This document shows positions 48,967 through 61,500 of a stretch of 64,000 bases of DNA, in pieces. This DNA comes from Cyanobacteriota bacterium (GTDB lineage Bacteria; Cyanobacteriota; Cyanobacteriia; Thermostichales; Thermostichaceae). Made by a program: the position numbers and the translations under genes. The number at the start of each line of letters is the position of its first letter. The first letter of the stretch is position 1. Below the pieces are notes generated by a model. That model made no database searches and was not told the origin of the DNA. It saw only the letters and a list, made by a program, of their open reading frames with translations. The stretch is from NCBI GenBank assembly GCA_033764955.1, contig JANRIL010000032.1, positions 1 through 64,000 of the forward strand, written 5' to 3'.

Positions 48967-50055
48967 GTGAGTGTGACCAATCCACCAGATCCGCAGACCA
49001 GGATCCCCCTGCTGGGGCAATCCCAACAAGCTCTCCGGGACTGGGCAGTGGCTCAGCAGCAGCCCAGCTATCGGGGGCAACAACTTTACGATTGGATTTA
49101 CCACAAAGGGATCCATTCCCTGGATGAAATCTCAGTTTTGCCCAAGGCGTGGCGAGAAACGATAGCCGACTATCCCGTGGGTCGTTCGCAGGTGGTCTAT
49201 CGCTCCCAGGCGGCGGATGGCACTCTCAAGTTACTGCTGCAACTGGTGGATGAGCAAACCATCGAAACCGTTGGGATCCCTACGCCCAAGCGCCTAACCG
49301 TCTGTGTCTCCTCCCAGGTGGGCTGCCCGATGGCCTGTGACTTTTGCGCCACGGGCAAGATGGGCTATCGCCGTAACTTGGGATCCCATGAAATCTTGGA
49401 TCAGGTGCTCACTATCCAAGAGGTGTTTGGGCGACGGGTCAGTCATATTGTCTTTATGGGGATGGGAGAACCCCTGCTCAATCGAGAAGCCGTTGTAGAA
49501 GCCATCCACTCCCTCAACCGCGATATTGGTATCGGGCAGCGGCACATCACCCTTTCGACGGTAGGGGTGCCCAAACAAATTCGCCATTTAGCGGAGCAGC
49601 AGTTACAAGTCACGCTGGCTGTCAGTCTTCATGCTCCTTCCCAACTGTTACGGGAACAACTCATCCCCTCTGCCAAGCACTATCCTTTAGAAGCCCTGCT
49701 CGACGATTGCCGCTTCTACATGCAAACCACAGGTCGGCGGATTAGCTTTGAATATACCCTCCTGCATGGAGTGAATGATCAGCCCCCCCACGCCCGTGCT
49801 TTAGCCGAGCTGCTGCATCAAGCCGCTCAATCGGGGTTTCGGGCCCATGTCAATTTGATCCCCTACAATCCCATCTCGTTGGCTGACTATCAACGTCCAT
49901 CGGCAGCTGCTATTCACCAGTTTGTGCAACAGCTAGAGTCTCATCAGATTGCCACGACGGTGCGGCAAACCCGTGGCTTGGATCAAGAGGCTGCCTGTGG
50001 TCAGTTGCGTAGTCTGCAGGTTGCTAGTCTTCAGACACCCCTACATTTCCCCTAG
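48967..50055 (+). CDS. rlmN: Dual-specificity rRNA/tRNA methyltransferase RlmN (radical SAM)
   Basis: [41 protein letters not shown]. Confidence 0.95.
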   Translation: MSVTNPPDPQTRIPLLGQSQQALRDWAVAQQQPSYRGQQLYDWIYHKGIHSLDEISVLPKAWRETIADYPVGRSQVVYRSQAADGTLKLLLQLVDEQTIETVGIPTPKRLTVCVSSQVGCPMACDFCATGKMGYRRNLGSHEILDQVLTIQEVFGRRVSHIVFMGMGEPLLNREAVVEAIHSLNRDIGIGQRHITLSTVGVPKQIRHLAEQQLQVTLAVSLHAPSQLLREQLIPSAKHYPLEALLDDCRFYMQTTGRRISFEYTLLHGVNDQPPHARALAELLHQAAQSGFRAHVNLIPYNPISLADYQRPSAAAIHQFVQQLESHQIATTVRQTRGLDQEAACGQLRSLQVASLQTPLHFP

Positions 50056-50123
50056 TGTTTCTCAATAATGGCAAGCCCTACACGGACGGGGGCAACCACT
50101 CAACTAATGAGCAAATAATGAGC

Positions 50124-50150
50124 AAAAAAGGCAGGTGCGAGCACCTGCCT
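50124..50150 (-). terminator. Rho-independent terminator of psaF-psaJ-psaL
   Basis: Minus strand AGGCAGGTG-CTCG-CACCTGCCT followed by a T-tract. Confidence 0.8.
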
Positions 50151-50210
50151 AAGAATTTAATATATCTATCGCTAGGAACGAAGAACAACAGGTATCGGCT
50201 GTCCCGCTTC

Positions 50211-50678
50211 CTAGAGAGCTAGGTTAAACCCACTGGTCACCAAATCTACATTTAGCAGCAATAGATAGGCAACCACCGCGCCACCCACACCGCCGATCAA
50301 AAATCCAGAGGAAAATTCACTCCAGCCCTTAGAGTCGCCCACAGGAGTATCAATGCCAGGGGTGGCATAGCCATAGATGTTGAGGGCAATCGTCATCAAA
50401 AGAACAATGGTTGCTGCTCCCAACAAACCCACCACTAAGCCAACGGGTTCAGAGCGCAGAGGACCTAGCTGGGAGAAGGGGCCGACCAGCCAATAGCCAT
50501 GAGCCATGCCAATTTCTAGGCCGCGCGCCAGGGAAGAAATACCTGGACGATTGATGGGCAGCCAGTCGATAAACAGCTTAATGATCGGGGTGTTGTTGAT
50601 GGGAGTGAAGAAGTTGCCAATTTGGGGATCCCCATCGGGAACGGTAATGTAGGCGCGTGGTTCAGTGCTTTGTACCAT
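50211..50678 (-). CDS. psaL: Photosystem I subunit XI
   Basis: GDPQIGNFFTPIN, LPINRPG, RGLEIGMAHGYWLVGPF..LGPLR, GWSEFSSGFLIGG. Confidence 0.95.
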   Translation of the reverse strand: MVQSTEPRAYITVPDGDPQIGNFFTPINNTPIIKLFIDWLPINRPGISSLARGLEIGMAHGYWLVGPFSQLGPLRSEPVGLVVGLLGAATIVLLMTIALNIYGYATPGIDTPVGDSKGWSEFSSGFLIGGVGGAVVAYLLLLNVDLVTSGFNLAL

Positions 50679-50737
50679 AAGGAGTATTGTCCTGTGAGGG
50701 TAAACAAAAGAGAGGAAAATAACCGCTCAGGGGATCC

Positions 50738-50857
50738 CTAAAAGGTCAAGATATCGGGGAAAAAGCGATTGATCTCGATAAACAAACCCAAGATGAAGGT
50801 TGAGAACAAGACCAATGCCACCGGAGCTGTTGTGAGAAACTTTGTAAAGTCAGCCAT
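50738..50857 (-). CDS. psaJ: Photosystem I subunit IX (not in ORF track)
   Basis: Manual translation [39 protein letters not shown], directly downstream of psaF. Confidence 0.95.
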   Translation of the reverse strand: MADFTKFLTTAPVALVLFSTFILGLFIEINRFFPDILTF

Positions 50858-50939
50858 GAGGATTTACCTTGAAAAAACAATAGAACAAACGAATTGAATT
50901 ACCCAGTAAATTAGCCGGACAAATCAGTCAAGCCAGGAG

Positions 50940-51485
50940 TTAGCGAGGAGAGACGGGCACAGCTTCTTCGGGGGTACTCATTTGTCCACTGGCAATCTCA
51001 GCAAAGGCTAAAGCTGGCCACGATAGAGCAGTGACAAAACACTTAAGCGCCAGAGGAGCGTCGATGATGCTTTCTTTTTCTTCGGGGTTATCGGTAGCGC
51101 GCACAGCAATCAGGTAGGAGCGACCGGCCCAACCTAACCAACCTGCCAAATAGAGAAAGGCCAGCCCTGGGATAAGAAATTCTCCGGCATGATTGAGGCG
51201 ACCATCCGTCACCAAGTGGGGTAAGCCCTCATCCCCACACAGTAAGGTGCTGTACCGCTCAAATCGTTTGGTGGCTTGATCCAGACGATGCTCGTAGACC
51301 TTGGCCATCGCTGGTCCAGCCGCTTCAATTTTTTCTTCTAGGGCTGTCAAGCGAGCATCCATCCGCTCTTGAAACGCAGGGACTTCACGACAAGGCTTTA
51401 AGCCGATCAGCGGCTCCGCATGGACGGCACTGGCAAAGCCAACAGCAAGGAAACAGGCCAGAATCAGGCTCAGTAATTTTCGCAT
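50940..51485 (-). CDS. psaF: Photosystem I subunit III
   Basis: Signal peptide MRKLL..., LKPC, RFERYS.LLCGDEGLPHL, HAGEFLIPG, YLAGWLGWAGRSY, VPVSPR. Confidence 0.96.
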   Translation of the reverse strand: MRKLLSLILACFLAVGFASAVHAEPLIGLKPCREVPAFQERMDARLTALEEKIEAAGPAMAKVYEHRLDQATKRFERYSTLLCGDEGLPHLVTDGRLNHAGEFLIPGLAFLYLAGWLGWAGRSYLIAVRATDNPEEKESIIDAPLALKCFVTALSWPALAFAEIASGQMSTPEEAVPVSPR

Positions 51486-51905
51486 AGGAGTTGTCCTTGG
51501 GGTCATCTTGTCTGATAAACAACGGAGAGAGTGGGTCGGACTCAAAAAATCAGGGTTAGCAAAACCATCCACAAATCACACCAACCCACAAAATTCAGAT
51601 TGACCGCTCATCTGGGATGGGCTGGAGGCCAACGGTAAGTATCATACTCCTGACTGGATCGCCCCACGGGGATCCCTTTGTCAGGCAACACAATTCTTAA
51701 GGAAATCCGGTTTTACCCCTTTTCGCTTTCCGAAGATTTGGCTGAGATGGTGAGGGTTGGGTTGGATTGGCGGCTTTATAGAGCTTTATACAATGGATAT
51801 CTAGAGAGATATCTAGAGCATCACTATCTGGGGATTTCTGGTTTCTCGAACTAACTTTCTTTGCTCTTTTTGCCCAGTTGCTCCTCTACCGAGATCTTTT
51901 GAGTC

Positions 51906-52928
51906 ATGGCCAAGATCCTTGCCATAGAAACCAGTTGTGATGAAACGGCGGCGGCGGTGGTAGAGCAGCGAACCGTGGTGAGTTCGCAGGTGGCCTCGCA
52001 AATTCCCCAGCATCAGGAGTTTGGCGGGGTGGTGCCGGAGGTGGCTTCGCGGCTGCATGTGGAGGCGGCCATGGCCGTGGTGGAAGCCGCTCTCGAACAG
52101 GCTCAGGTGGGGATCCCTGACATCGCCGCCATCGCCGTGACTGTGGCTCCTGGCTTGGTGGGATCCCTGTTGGTGGGTCTGATGACCGCTAAGACCCTCG
52201 CCCTGGTTCACAACAAGCCTTTCTTAGGGATCCACCATCTGGAGGGACATATCTTTAGTGGTTTTTTGGCGGATCCCCATCTGGCTCCCCCCTGTTTGTG
52301 CCTATTGGTTTCGGGGGGACACACCAGCTTGATTCATGTGCTGGACTATGGGGTATATCGCACAGTGGGACAAACCCGTGATGACGCCGTGGGAGAAGCC
52401 TTTGATAAGGTGGCACGGCTGCTGCACCTGGGGTATCCGGGCGGGCCAATCATCGATCGCTTAGCGGCTGAAGGGGATCCCCAGCGCTTTGCCTTGCCGA
52501 TGGGGAAAGTAGCGGATCCCTATGACAGCAGTTTTAGCGGCCTCAAGACAGCGGTGTTACGCCTAGTGGAAAAACTGGAGCAAACCGGACACGATCTGCC
52601 GATTGCTGATATCGCCGCCAGCTTTCAGGCCACGGTCACCCAGGTGCTAACCCAAAAAGCCCTCGCCTGTGCCCAATCTCTCGGATTGTCCTCCCTCTTG
52701 CTGACGGGGGGAGTCGCGGCCAATCGAGAGTTGCGCCAACGGTTACAAGCGGCGGGAGTAGCAGCGGGCATTCGGGTAGTGGTTCCTCCCTTCCATCTCT
52801 GCACTGATAATGCGGCCATGATCGGGGCAGCGGCGGCTGTGCATTTTGAGCGGGGAGCACGATCACCTTTGTCCCTAACGGTTCAATCTCGGTTGGGGTT
52901 AGAAGCAATAGCGGCTCTTTATGCTTAG
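51906..52928 (+). CDS. tsaD: tRNA N6-adenosine threonylcarbamoyltransferase
   Basis: [50 protein letters not shown]. Confidence 0.97.
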   Translation: MAKILAIETSCDETAAAVVEQRTVVSSQVASQIPQHQEFGGVVPEVASRLHVEAAMAVVEAALEQAQVGIPDIAAIAVTVAPGLVGSLLVGLMTAKTLALVHNKPFLGIHHLEGHIFSGFLADPHLAPPCLCLLVSGGHTSLIHVLDYGVYRTVGQTRDDAVGEAFDKVARLLHLGYPGGPIIDRLAAEGDPQRFALPMGKVADPYDSSFSGLKTAVLRLVEKLEQTGHDLPIADIAASFQATVTQVLTQKALACAQSLGLSSLLLTGGVAANRELRQRLQAAGVAAGIRVVVPPFHLCTDNAAMIGAAAAVHFERGARSPLSLTVQSRLGLEAIAALYA

Positions 52929-53110
52929 GAACAAGCTATTTTTCTGTTTTGGCAAGTGTTCGGTAAGTGAATCACTGGCGCTAGCGAAAAAAGGGATCCC
53001 TTCTGCGATCAGGAGCTAAATATCTTATTGTTTTCTTAACCTCTATAGGGAAGCATTTACTTAGAGAAAAGGTAGAGAAACCTCTCAGTAAATTCCCCTA
53101 AATTAGGTGT

Positions 53111-53116
53111 GGGTAA
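53111..53116 (+). promoter_or_regulatory. Possible SigF-type element upstream of the chemosensory operon
   Basis: GGGTAA about 80 nt upstream of the PatA-like start; short motif, weak evidence. Confidence 0.3.
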
Positions 53117-53193
53117 TCCACAATACAGACAGAAAAAACAGGCAACTACTAATGTTTAGGCAATGAGGCAATCCATCTCTAGGATCTACGGCT

Positions 53194-54375
53194 ATGGCAA
53201 ATGATCACGATCCAGTGCTTGGTTCGCTGGCTCAGGGATCCACAAAACTTTTAATTAGCTCGATTGCGGCAGAATTAGAGGCTCGTTGTCGGCAGCAGGC
53301 ATCGGGTCAACTTACACTTAGTACCGCTGATCAAACCTGGCATCTCTACTTTTTTATGGGGCGATTACTTTATGCCACGGGGGGTAGCCATCGGGTTCGG
53401 CGTTGGCAACGGGCACTCAAGCGTCATTGCCCTGGATTTATTCCCAACAAGCAGGTGCAGGGGGATCCTTGGGAATACGATTTGCTCATTCAAGCGGTGG
53501 ATCAGCAACACATCACCATCATACAGGCGCGGTCGATTATTCAGGATGCGGCGCAGGAGGTTTTATTTAGTTTGATGGCGCATGATGTCTTGGTGGGACA
53601 GTGGATGCCGGATCGGCAGTTGGCACGACAACTAGTTCTCATCCCCATCGATCACCTGACCGAACAAGTGCAGCAGTTATGGGAACAGTGGCAAGCCAAA
53701 GGGTTGAGAAAACTGGATGCCGATGCTGTTCCTTTGCTAAAGAATCCCCAGCAGTTTCAGGGACAAGTTTCGGCGGGAGTTTATCAGATATTAACGGTAC
53801 TTTTGGACGGCCATAATTCCCTTTGGGATATCGCCCAACAAATGCGCTGGCCTTTACCAGTGATCACCCATTCGCTACTGCCTTTTATTCAACAAGGTTG
53901 GATCACACTTCGTAAAATTTCTGATTTGCCTTTGCCGGTGCAGTTACCCCCGATCCGTTCCAGCTATGCCTCTCCAGTCAAGCAACCCAGAGGGGATCGT
54001 CCTGTTATCGCCTGTATTGATGATAGTCCTTTGATTGCAGCCACACTGGAGCGAATTTTAGAACCGGCTGGTTTTCAGGTGATCACCATTTTGGATCCCT
54101 TAAATGCGATGGCTAGCCTCCTCAAAAGCAGACCGGTTCTGATCTTTTTAGATTTGTTGATGCCCAACACCAATGGCTATGAGCTGTGTGCGTCCCTGCG
54201 GCGTATTTCTCTCTTTAAGGACATACCTATTATTATTTTGACGGGACAAGACAGTATTGTTGATCGGGTGCGAGCCAAGTTGGTGGGATCCACTGATTTT
54301 ATGGCCAAACCCCCCGAACCCGATAAAGTTTTGCAGGTGGTTCACAAATACCTAGAAGTGAAAGCTGAAGTTTAA
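53194..54375 (+). CDS. PatA-family response regulator (PATAN-REC)
   Basis: WHLYFFMGRLLYATGG.HRVRRW PATAN motif; IACIDDS, LDLLMP, DRVRAKLVG. Confidence 0.9.
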   Translation: MANDHDPVLGSLAQGSTKLLISSIAAELEARCRQQASGQLTLSTADQTWHLYFFMGRLLYATGGSHRVRRWQRALKRHCPGFIPNKQVQGDPWEYDLLIQAVDQQHITIIQARSIIQDAAQEVLFSLMAHDVLVGQWMPDRQLARQLVLIPIDHLTEQVQQLWEQWQAKGLRKLDADAVPLLKNPQQFQGQVSAGVYQILTVLLDGHNSLWDIAQQMRWPLPVITHSLLPFIQQGWITLRKISDLPLPVQLPPIRSSYASPVKQPRGDRPVIACIDDSPLIAATLERILEPAGFQVITILDPLNAMASLLKSRPVLIFLDLLMPNTNGYELCASLRRISLFKDIPIIILTGQDSIVDRVRAKLVGSTDFMAKPPEPDKVLQVVHKYLEVKAEV

Positions 54376-54415
54376 CCAAACTATTCCCATCTACTTAAGG
54401 CAATCCAGGATCATC

Positions 54416-54781
54416 ATGGCTACGGTACTTGTGGTAGAAGATAGTGCGTCCGAAGCAGCCATCATCACTAGTTGTCTGCAAAAGGGAGGGCTGATTCCGA
54501 TTATTGTGGGCAGCAGTGAAGAGGCTCGTCAAAGACTAGAACAGCAGAAGCCTGATCTGATTGTTTTGGATGTGGTTTTGCCGGGATCCAGTGGATTTGA
54601 GTTTTGTCGAGAGTTGCGGAAAAAACCAGAAACCGCTCATTTGCCGATTGTGATCTGCTCTACGAAAGATGGAGACATGGATAAGTTTTGGGGCATGAAA
54701 CAAGGAGCCTCTGCCTATATCACCAAGCCCATTAACCAGGAGGAATTACTGCGAACGGTACAAGCCTTGATTAAAGCTTAG
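54416..54781 (+). CDS. Single-domain CheY/PilH-like response regulator
   Basis: VLVVEDS, LDVVLP, DKFWGMKQGA.AYITKP. Confidence 0.92.
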   Translation: MATVLVVEDSASEAAIITSCLQKGGLIPIIVGSSEEARQRLEQQKPDLIVLDVVLPGSSGFEFCRELRKKPETAHLPIVICSTKDGDMDKFWGMKQGASAYITKPINQEELLRTVQALIKA

Positions 54782-54971
54782 GGAAAGGTTAATTCAGACT
54801 TAGACTTGATATCTAGGAAATCTGGATAAAGTCAAGGAACTAGCCTGACGCACCGAATAACCACTGTCTATGCGTGGGGGAGTATCGGAAGCATATCGGG
54901 TGGATTGGAGTTGAGAGGATAAGGAAAAAGAAGCCACTGTTTTTTCGAGGCAAGCTGAAGGGTAAACACAA

Positions 54972-55445
54972 ATGGTTGAAATGATCCTTCCTGAGCAGAC
55001 CCAGACCCAATCCTATTTATCCCTCAGTTTGGCGGGGGAGCGGCAGGTGGTTTTGCCCCTCGATCAGTTGCTGGAAGTTCTCACCCTACCTCTCCATCAG
55101 ATTGTCCCTCTACCCGGAATGCCCGCCGCCGTTATGGGCATTATCAACTGGCGGGGGGAAGTGCTCTGGTTGCTGGATCTGGGATTGCTGTTGGCGGCCA
55201 CTCCCCTTGACCCGATCTCCTCTGGGCAGCCCGCCTATCCAGTTGTCATCCTCAAGGTCGGTGAGCAACGGTTGGGGGTGGTGATTGAGCAGGTGGGGCA
55301 AATTGTCCACTGGGATCCCGCCCAGCTCATCCCTGCACCTAATCAGGCTTTTTTACAAGGCTATGGCCTAGATGCCCACGGAAAAAGGTTTGATGTCTTG
55401 GATATTTCAGGTTTTTGGCGGCAACTGAATCCGGCTGCTGGGTAG
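54972..55445 (+). CDS. cheW: CheW-like coupling protein
   Basis: IVPLPGMPAAVMGIINWRGEVLWLLDL. Confidence 0.9.
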   Translation: MVEMILPEQTQTQSYLSLSLAGERQVVLPLDQLLEVLTLPLHQIVPLPGMPAAVMGIINWRGEVLWLLDLGLLLAATPLDPISSGQPAYPVVILKVGEQRLGVVIEQVGQIVHWDPAQLIPAPNQAFLQGYGLDAHGKRFDVLDISGFWRQLNPAAG

Positions 55446-55511
55446 CTGCTGCCTGCCAATTCACTAATTGCCGACCCACTGATTCCTGACCCACGTATTC
55501 TGGAGATTTCT

Positions 55512-58505
55512 ATGAGCGCCCTCGACTATCCCGCTACCCCCTCCTCCACAAGCCCATCGGGATCCCGTGGGATCCGGTCTGCCCCACCCCCCAAACCTGG
55601 GCAGCTCCGCTATCGCCTCAACTCGATTGGATCGCGGCTATTTTTATATGTCTTGGGGGGAGCTTTATTAGGACTGGGGGGTATGTCCTTTCTGTTTTAT
55701 CAAGCGCTGCAACAGCAAGCCGAAGACAAAATTCAGGGAACCCTCGCCACCCAGGTGGCAGCCATTGACGGAGAGCTGATCCAGACGGAGCAGACAATTA
55801 CTAGCTTGATTGCCGCCGTCAACAACCTAAAAAAGAGTGGCATTAAAGATAAAGCCATCTATAAAAATCTTGCTTTTGAGTATTTTAGAAATAGTCGATC
55901 TGACCTGACGATTGGTATTGGGTTTGGTCAAGGCTCCAATAAAATCATTCCCGATGTGCAGTGGTATTGGCCTTATTTCTATGAAGATCAAGGAGCTGCT
56001 TTAGCTGATGCCGTGGGAGTTTTGATGCCTCCTCCTTATCAGAATGTGCGCGATGCCGAGTTGCATCAGTATGACCAATATGCCAGCAAAGATTACTATA
56101 AAGATTATGTTTTGCCCCAAAAACCTCTCTGGCCAGAACCCTACCCCTGGGCGGGTATTGCCCTAGCTAGTTACTATAAACCCATCTTTGCGGAGAATGG
56201 CGAATGGCTGGGGGTGGCGGCCACTGATATCAACATTGCCGCCTATAGCGAACGAATTGGCGATGCGACGGTCTTTGAGGATGCTGGTTATTTTGTAATT
56301 CTCTCCAAAGCGGGAAATTTGATTGCCTATCCCCCTGCTCCCGATTTAGCCAAAAACCTGCAAAGCTATCAAGAATTGCCGGATTTGAATCGCATCTGGC
56401 CCGACATTCAAGGGGATGAAGGGCTGTTGCGCTCGGATGGTCAATACTGGGCTTATCAACGGATCCCCACCACCGAATGGGCGATGCTGGCGGTTGTGCC
56501 CCAATCGGTTGTCTTGCAGCCTGTGTTGTTAATTACGCTGGCGGGCACTCTGGGAGCGGGTATTTTGCTGGCTGGGGTGGTGATCCTGTTTGTGCGGCAA
56601 CTCAATCAACGCCTGGATCCCATCTTGCAGGGTTGCCGAGAAATGTCCGCCTTTAACAGCCAACGGGTGGGGACGGCTGGGGATCCCATTTTGGAGGGTC
56701 GAGATGAACTGGAGGTGTTGTCCCGCTCCTTTAGCCAAATGGCAACTCAGCTCAAAGCCTCATTCTCCGCCCTAGAACAATCCAACCGTCAACTGGAACA
56801 ACGGGTGGAAGCCCGCACCGCCGATCTGCAACGCAGTGAACAACGCCTGCGCCGTCAGAATGAGGTGCTGGCGCTATTGGCACGGGATGAAGCCCTGGTG
56901 CGGGGGGATCTGGGAGCCGTAGCAGCTACCTTTACGGAGGCTATCGCCGACACCCTAGAGGTGGAACGGGTGAGCATTTGGCTCTATAGTCCTGATCAAA
57001 CAGCAATCCAAGCCATCGATCTCTACGTCCGCACCCCACGGCAACACTCGCCGGGATCCCAACTCAAGCGCGAGGATCATCCCGCCTACTTTGCTGCCCT
57101 AGACGAGAAACGGACGATTGCTGCCCAAAATGCCCATACGGATCCCGCCACCCAGGAATTTTCCGCTAGCTACCTGACGCCTCTGGGGATCACTTCCATG
57201 CTGGATGCCCCCATTTTGGTGACTGGACAGTTGAAGGGGGTGGTCTGCTGTGAACATGTCGGATCCGAACGGGTCTGGGCAGTGGAGGAACAGGGTTTTG
57301 TCACTTCCACGGCTAACTTGATTGCCCTGGCGCTGGAAGCTACGGAACGCTTGCAAGCGCAGCAGGAACTTAGCCGCAGTGAGCAGCAACAACGTATGGA
57401 AAAGGAATCCCTGCAAAAACGAGCCATGGAACTCTTGATGGAGGTGGATCCCGTTTCTCAGGGAGATCTGCGGGTACGGGCGCGAGTCACCCCCGATGAG
57501 ATTGGCACGATTGCCGATTCCTACAACGCCATCATCAGTAGCCTGCGGGATATCGTAGTGCAAGTACAAGCTTCCGCCCAGCAGGTGACCCAGACAGCAG
57601 CCAGCAACGAAACCTCCGTGAAAACCCTCTCGGTGGAAGCCCTGCAACAGGCGGATGCCCTAGCCACGGCCTTGCAGCAAATCGAGGCGATGGTGCAGTC
57701 CATTCAGACCGTCGCCCAGCGGGCACAGCAGGCGGAGGTGCAGGTGCAGGAGGCCAGCCAGACCGTCAGTCGTGGGGATCAGGCCATGAACCGCACCGTG
57801 TCGGGTATTCTCGCCATTCGAGAAACTGTGGCCGAAACGGCCAAAAAAGTGAAGCGGCTGGGGGAAGCCTCCCAGAAGATTTCTAAAGTGGTCAGTCTGA
57901 TCAACAATTTTGCGGCTCAAACCAACCTACTCTCCCTGAATGCCGCTATCGAAGCAGCCCGCGCCGGGGAACAGGGGCGGGGATTTGCCGTGGTGGCGGA
58001 GGAGGTGCGTTCCCTCGCCCAACAATCCAGCACGGCTACGGGCGAGATCGAGCAGCTAGTAGAAGCCATTCAACGGGAAACCAACGAGGTGGTGGCCGCC
58101 ATGGAACGGGGAACCGAACAGGTGGTGGTGGGAACGCAACTGGTGGAGGAAACCCGCCAACAACTCAGCCAGATCACGCGGATCAGCGGCCAGATCTTGA
58201 CGCTGGTGGAGGAAGTGGTAGAAGCGGCGGCTTCCCAGGCGGAAACTTCCGCCACGGTCAGCCAAACCATTCAACAGGTAACCGATATTGCCCGACAAAC
58301 CTCCACCCAGTCCGTTGCCCTGGCGGACTCCTTCGGCAACCTGTTACGGGTGGCGCAGCAGTTGCAAGTGAGTGTCTCTCAGTTCAAGCTGGATACGCCA
58401 TCAGCGGATCCCTCTACGGGATCCCATTCCCCAACCACCCCAGAGGATCCGCCACGAGTTCTCAATATTCCGGCGGCTCTCCGGTCGCCCATGCTGCGCC
58501 GCTGA
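55512..58505 (+). CDS. Methyl-accepting chemotaxis protein (dCache-HAMP-GAF-MA)
   Basis: Two TMs flanking a Cache-like domain, HAMP, GAF (ERVSIW...LDAPI...CCEH), [31 protein letters not shown]. Confidence 0.93.
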   Translation: MSALDYPATPSSTSPSGSRGIRSAPPPKPGQLRYRLNSIGSRLFLYVLGGALLGLGGMSFLFYQALQQQAEDKIQGTLATQVAAIDGELIQTEQTITSLIAAVNNLKKSGIKDKAIYKNLAFEYFRNSRSDLTIGIGFGQGSNKIIPDVQWYWPYFYEDQGAALADAVGVLMPPPYQNVRDAELHQYDQYASKDYYKDYVLPQKPLWPEPYPWAGIALASYYKPIFAENGEWLGVAATDINIAAYSERIGDATVFEDAGYFVILSKAGNLIAYPPAPDLAKNLQSYQELPDLNRIWPDIQGDEGLLRSDGQYWAYQRIPTTEWAMLAVVPQSVVLQPVLLITLAGTLGAGILLAGVVILFVRQLNQRLDPILQGCREMSAFNSQRVGTAGDPILEGRDELEVLSRSFSQMATQLKASFSALEQSNRQLEQRVEARTADLQRSEQRLRRQNEVLALLARDEALVRGDLGAVAATFTEAIADTLEVERVSIWLYSPDQTAIQAIDLYVRTPRQHSPGSQLKREDHPAYFAALDEKRTIAAQNAHTDPATQEFSASYLTPLGITSMLDAPILVTGQLKGVVCCEHVGSERVWAVEEQGFVTSTANLIALALEATERLQAQQELSRSEQQQRMEKESLQKRAMELLMEVDPVSQGDLRVRARVTPDEIGTIADSYNAIISSLRDIVVQVQASAQQVTQTAASNETSVKTLSVEALQQADALATALQQIEAMVQSIQTVAQRAQQAEVQVQEASQTVSRGDQAMNRTVSGILAIRETVAETAKKVKRLGEASQKISKVVSLINNFAAQTNLLSLNAAIEAARAGEQGRGFAVVAEEVRSLAQQSSTATGEIEQLVEAIQRETNEVVAAMERGTEQVVVGTQLVEETRQQLSQITRISGQILTLVEEVVEAAASQAETSATVSQTIQQVTDIARQTSTQSVALADSFGNLLRVAQQLQVSVSQFKLDTPSADPSTGSHSPTTPEDPPRVLNIPAALRSPMLRR

Positions 58506-58542
58506 TGTTGGCAGAGAAGACTGAGTTTGGAGAACAAGGGAT

Positions 58543-61500
58543 ATGGGGCTAGAGGCTGACCTGCTGGATCATGCGTATCAACTGTTTTGCCAGGAAGCTT
58601 TGTCCCACTTGCGGGGGCTAGAGGCAGAGTTGCTACAGCTACGGCAGGCGGCTCCGGTGTCGCGCATTCATAGCTTGATGCGGGCGGCTCACTCCATCAA
58701 AGGGGGATCCCTGAGTTTGGGCTGGCAGGGGATTGCCCAGTTGGCTCACCACTTGGAGGACAGCTTTCGTGCCCTCTACGCCGCCAGTGGTGAGATTGAT
58801 GGGGTTCTGGAAGAACTGCTGCTGCAAGCCTACGATGCCCTGCGCATCCCCTTGGTCAAACAGATCGAGAGTGGAGCCATCCACCCCCTGCCCATCCCCT
58901 GCGAAACCGAAGACATTTTTTCGGCCTTGCGCGCTCGTCTGGAGGGAGCCCCGGCCTCTGCCCTCGCCAGTTCCGCCGAGTTGGGGGTGGATATTACCGA
59001 GGCTATCTTGAGCAGCGATGTGGAGAGCAGTCTGCAACGGTTAGCCTACCTGCTGGACAATCCAGATGGACAGGAAGTACGAGGGGAAATTCGGGTGCAG
59101 GCGGAGGTATTTATGGGCATGGGGGAGATGCTCCATCTGCCTGGATTTGTCGAGATCGCCCAAACCACTCGGCAAGCCCTGGCTACCCATCCCGATAACT
59201 ATTTGGTGATTGGCAAACTGTCCCTGGCGGATTTTCGCGCCGCCCAAGCCGCTATCCTGGCCGGAGATCGGCAGCGGGGAGGGGATCCCTCACGCGGCTT
59301 GCGCCGTCTCACCCAGCCCCTCTCCCCTACCCAACAGCAGTTGCTTCAGCAGGCTGGTCATTTGCTGGGATCCCAACCGGAGGATTTGCAGGATCTGGCC
59401 ACCGTTTTAGAAGAGGTTAGCCTCCTGGATGCCCCGATGAGAGAAGCAGGCGAGGGGGATCCCGCTGAGGATCCCCCCCCTCAACCCAGTTCCTTTGCCC
59501 TCCTGGAAAGCCTGTTTAGCCCCGATCTTCACCCCGATCATCCTGACCATAGGGATCCCCTGCCTCCGCCTGCCCTTGACTCCACCCTGTCTGGTGATTT
59601 TGCCTCCCTTGACCAACTGTGGAGCCAAGCCCTAACCCACAACCCAGAGCTAGGGATCCCGCCGGATCCGTTACCCCTGCCTGGTATGAGCGAGGAGTTC
59701 GCCCACTTACAGGCGATTTTTCAGACCCCCCTCCCCCCAGGCCATGCTGATCCTTCAGAGGCTTCTCAACTGATCTCCCCAACCACCGACTCCCCTCCAG
59801 ATCTCAGCCAAGCCGTCGCCCACCTGGAGGATCTCTGGGGATCCATTGCCAGCCCTGAACCCCTCCCGCCCCCCACCCCTGCTCCACCCCTCCAGGATCC
59901 CGTCACTTATCAAATCTTTCGGCAAGAGACCCAGGAACTTTTGCAGGTTTTGGAGGAAGGGCTATTAAACCTCCGCCAGGATCCCCAACCCAGCCAGATC
60001 CACAACCTGATGCGGGCTGCCCACTCCATCAAAGGCGGATCCGCTCTCATGGGCTTAACGGAGATCAAAACCATTGCCCATCAACTGGAAAATGTCTTTC
60101 AACGGCTCTACCCTAGCCAAGGTCTCTGGGATAGCGAGCTGGAGGATCTCCTCTTAAAAGCCTATGACTGCCTGCGGATCCCGTTAATCAGCCAGTTGGA
60201 AACGGGATCCTATGACGGAGAAAGCAGCCTCACTCAGGCGGCGGAAGTGTTTGCTCAACTGCAACTTCGCCTCGGATATACCTTAGATGGGGAAGCCGCC
60301 CCCCCTTCGGCAGCAGAACTGGGGGTGAATGTAACCCAGGTAATTTTTGGTCAGGATGTTGCCGCCACCCTAGCGCAATGGCAGAGTGCCCTAGCGGATC
60401 CCCACACGGCGGCGTCTGAATTAACTTCCCAGCTAAAGGAAGGGCTGGAGGTGTTTCTTGCCATTGCCGAGATGCTCAGCCTTCCCCAATTTGCCGCCCT
60501 TGCCCAAACCTGCCAAACCGCCCTCGCCACCCATCCTCAGCAGGTATTCCCCATTGCTCACCTGGCACTGGCACAGTTCCAAATCGCCCAAGCCGCCATC
60601 TTACAGGGAGATCTGACCGAAAGCACCCTTGCCATTTCCCCTGAACTACTGGCTTTTTGCCCAAGCAACTATCACCCGGCAGGCTTAAGCCCCTCTCCGG
60701 ATCCCCTCCCCAGCCTCCCCCCCTCCCCGTCCTTGCCTCCCCTCCCCTCCGTTCCCCAGGTCAACCAGCCCAGCTTGACCACCGCCATCCGCGTTGATCT
60801 GAGTCGTCTCGAGCGGATCAACAACCAGATCGGGGAGTTGGTCACCCACGAAACCAGCCTTTTTCTCCAGCAGGATTATCTGCAACAAACTGTGCATCAC
60901 CTGCAACAACGCCTCACCCGCTTTGCCGAGCTATCTCAGCAGGTGCAGGAAACGATGGATCATCTGATCTGGCACGGATCTCAATCCACTCCGTCCCCCA
61001 GGGGATCCGTTCTCCCGCAGCCACCAGAGGCATTCTCCGATTTTGACTCCCTACAGATGGACTCCTACAGCCAGGTGCATAGCCTCATGCAGGTGGTTTT
61101 GGAAGAAATGAGCCAGGTGGAAGAATCCCTGCACGATCTCGGTCACTTTAGCCAGCAATCGCAACACACCCTGAAAAAGCATCGGCAAACCCTGCGGCAA
61201 GTCAGGGATGATTTGTTGTGGGCGAGAATGCTCCCCCTAGCGGATCTCCTGCAACGCTTTCCCCGCATGATTCGTGACTTGGCCGCTCAGCAGGGCAAGC
61301 AGGTCAACTTTGTCGTCGAGGGGGGCGAAACCCTGGTGGATAAAGGGATGCTGGAAAAACTCTACGATCCCTTGGTTCATCTGGTTCGCAACGCTTTTGA
61401 CCACGGCATTGAACCCAGCGAGACTCGCCAAGCCCAGGGCAAATCCCCCACAGGATTGATTCGCATCGCTGCCTACCATCGCGGCAACCAGACTCTGATC

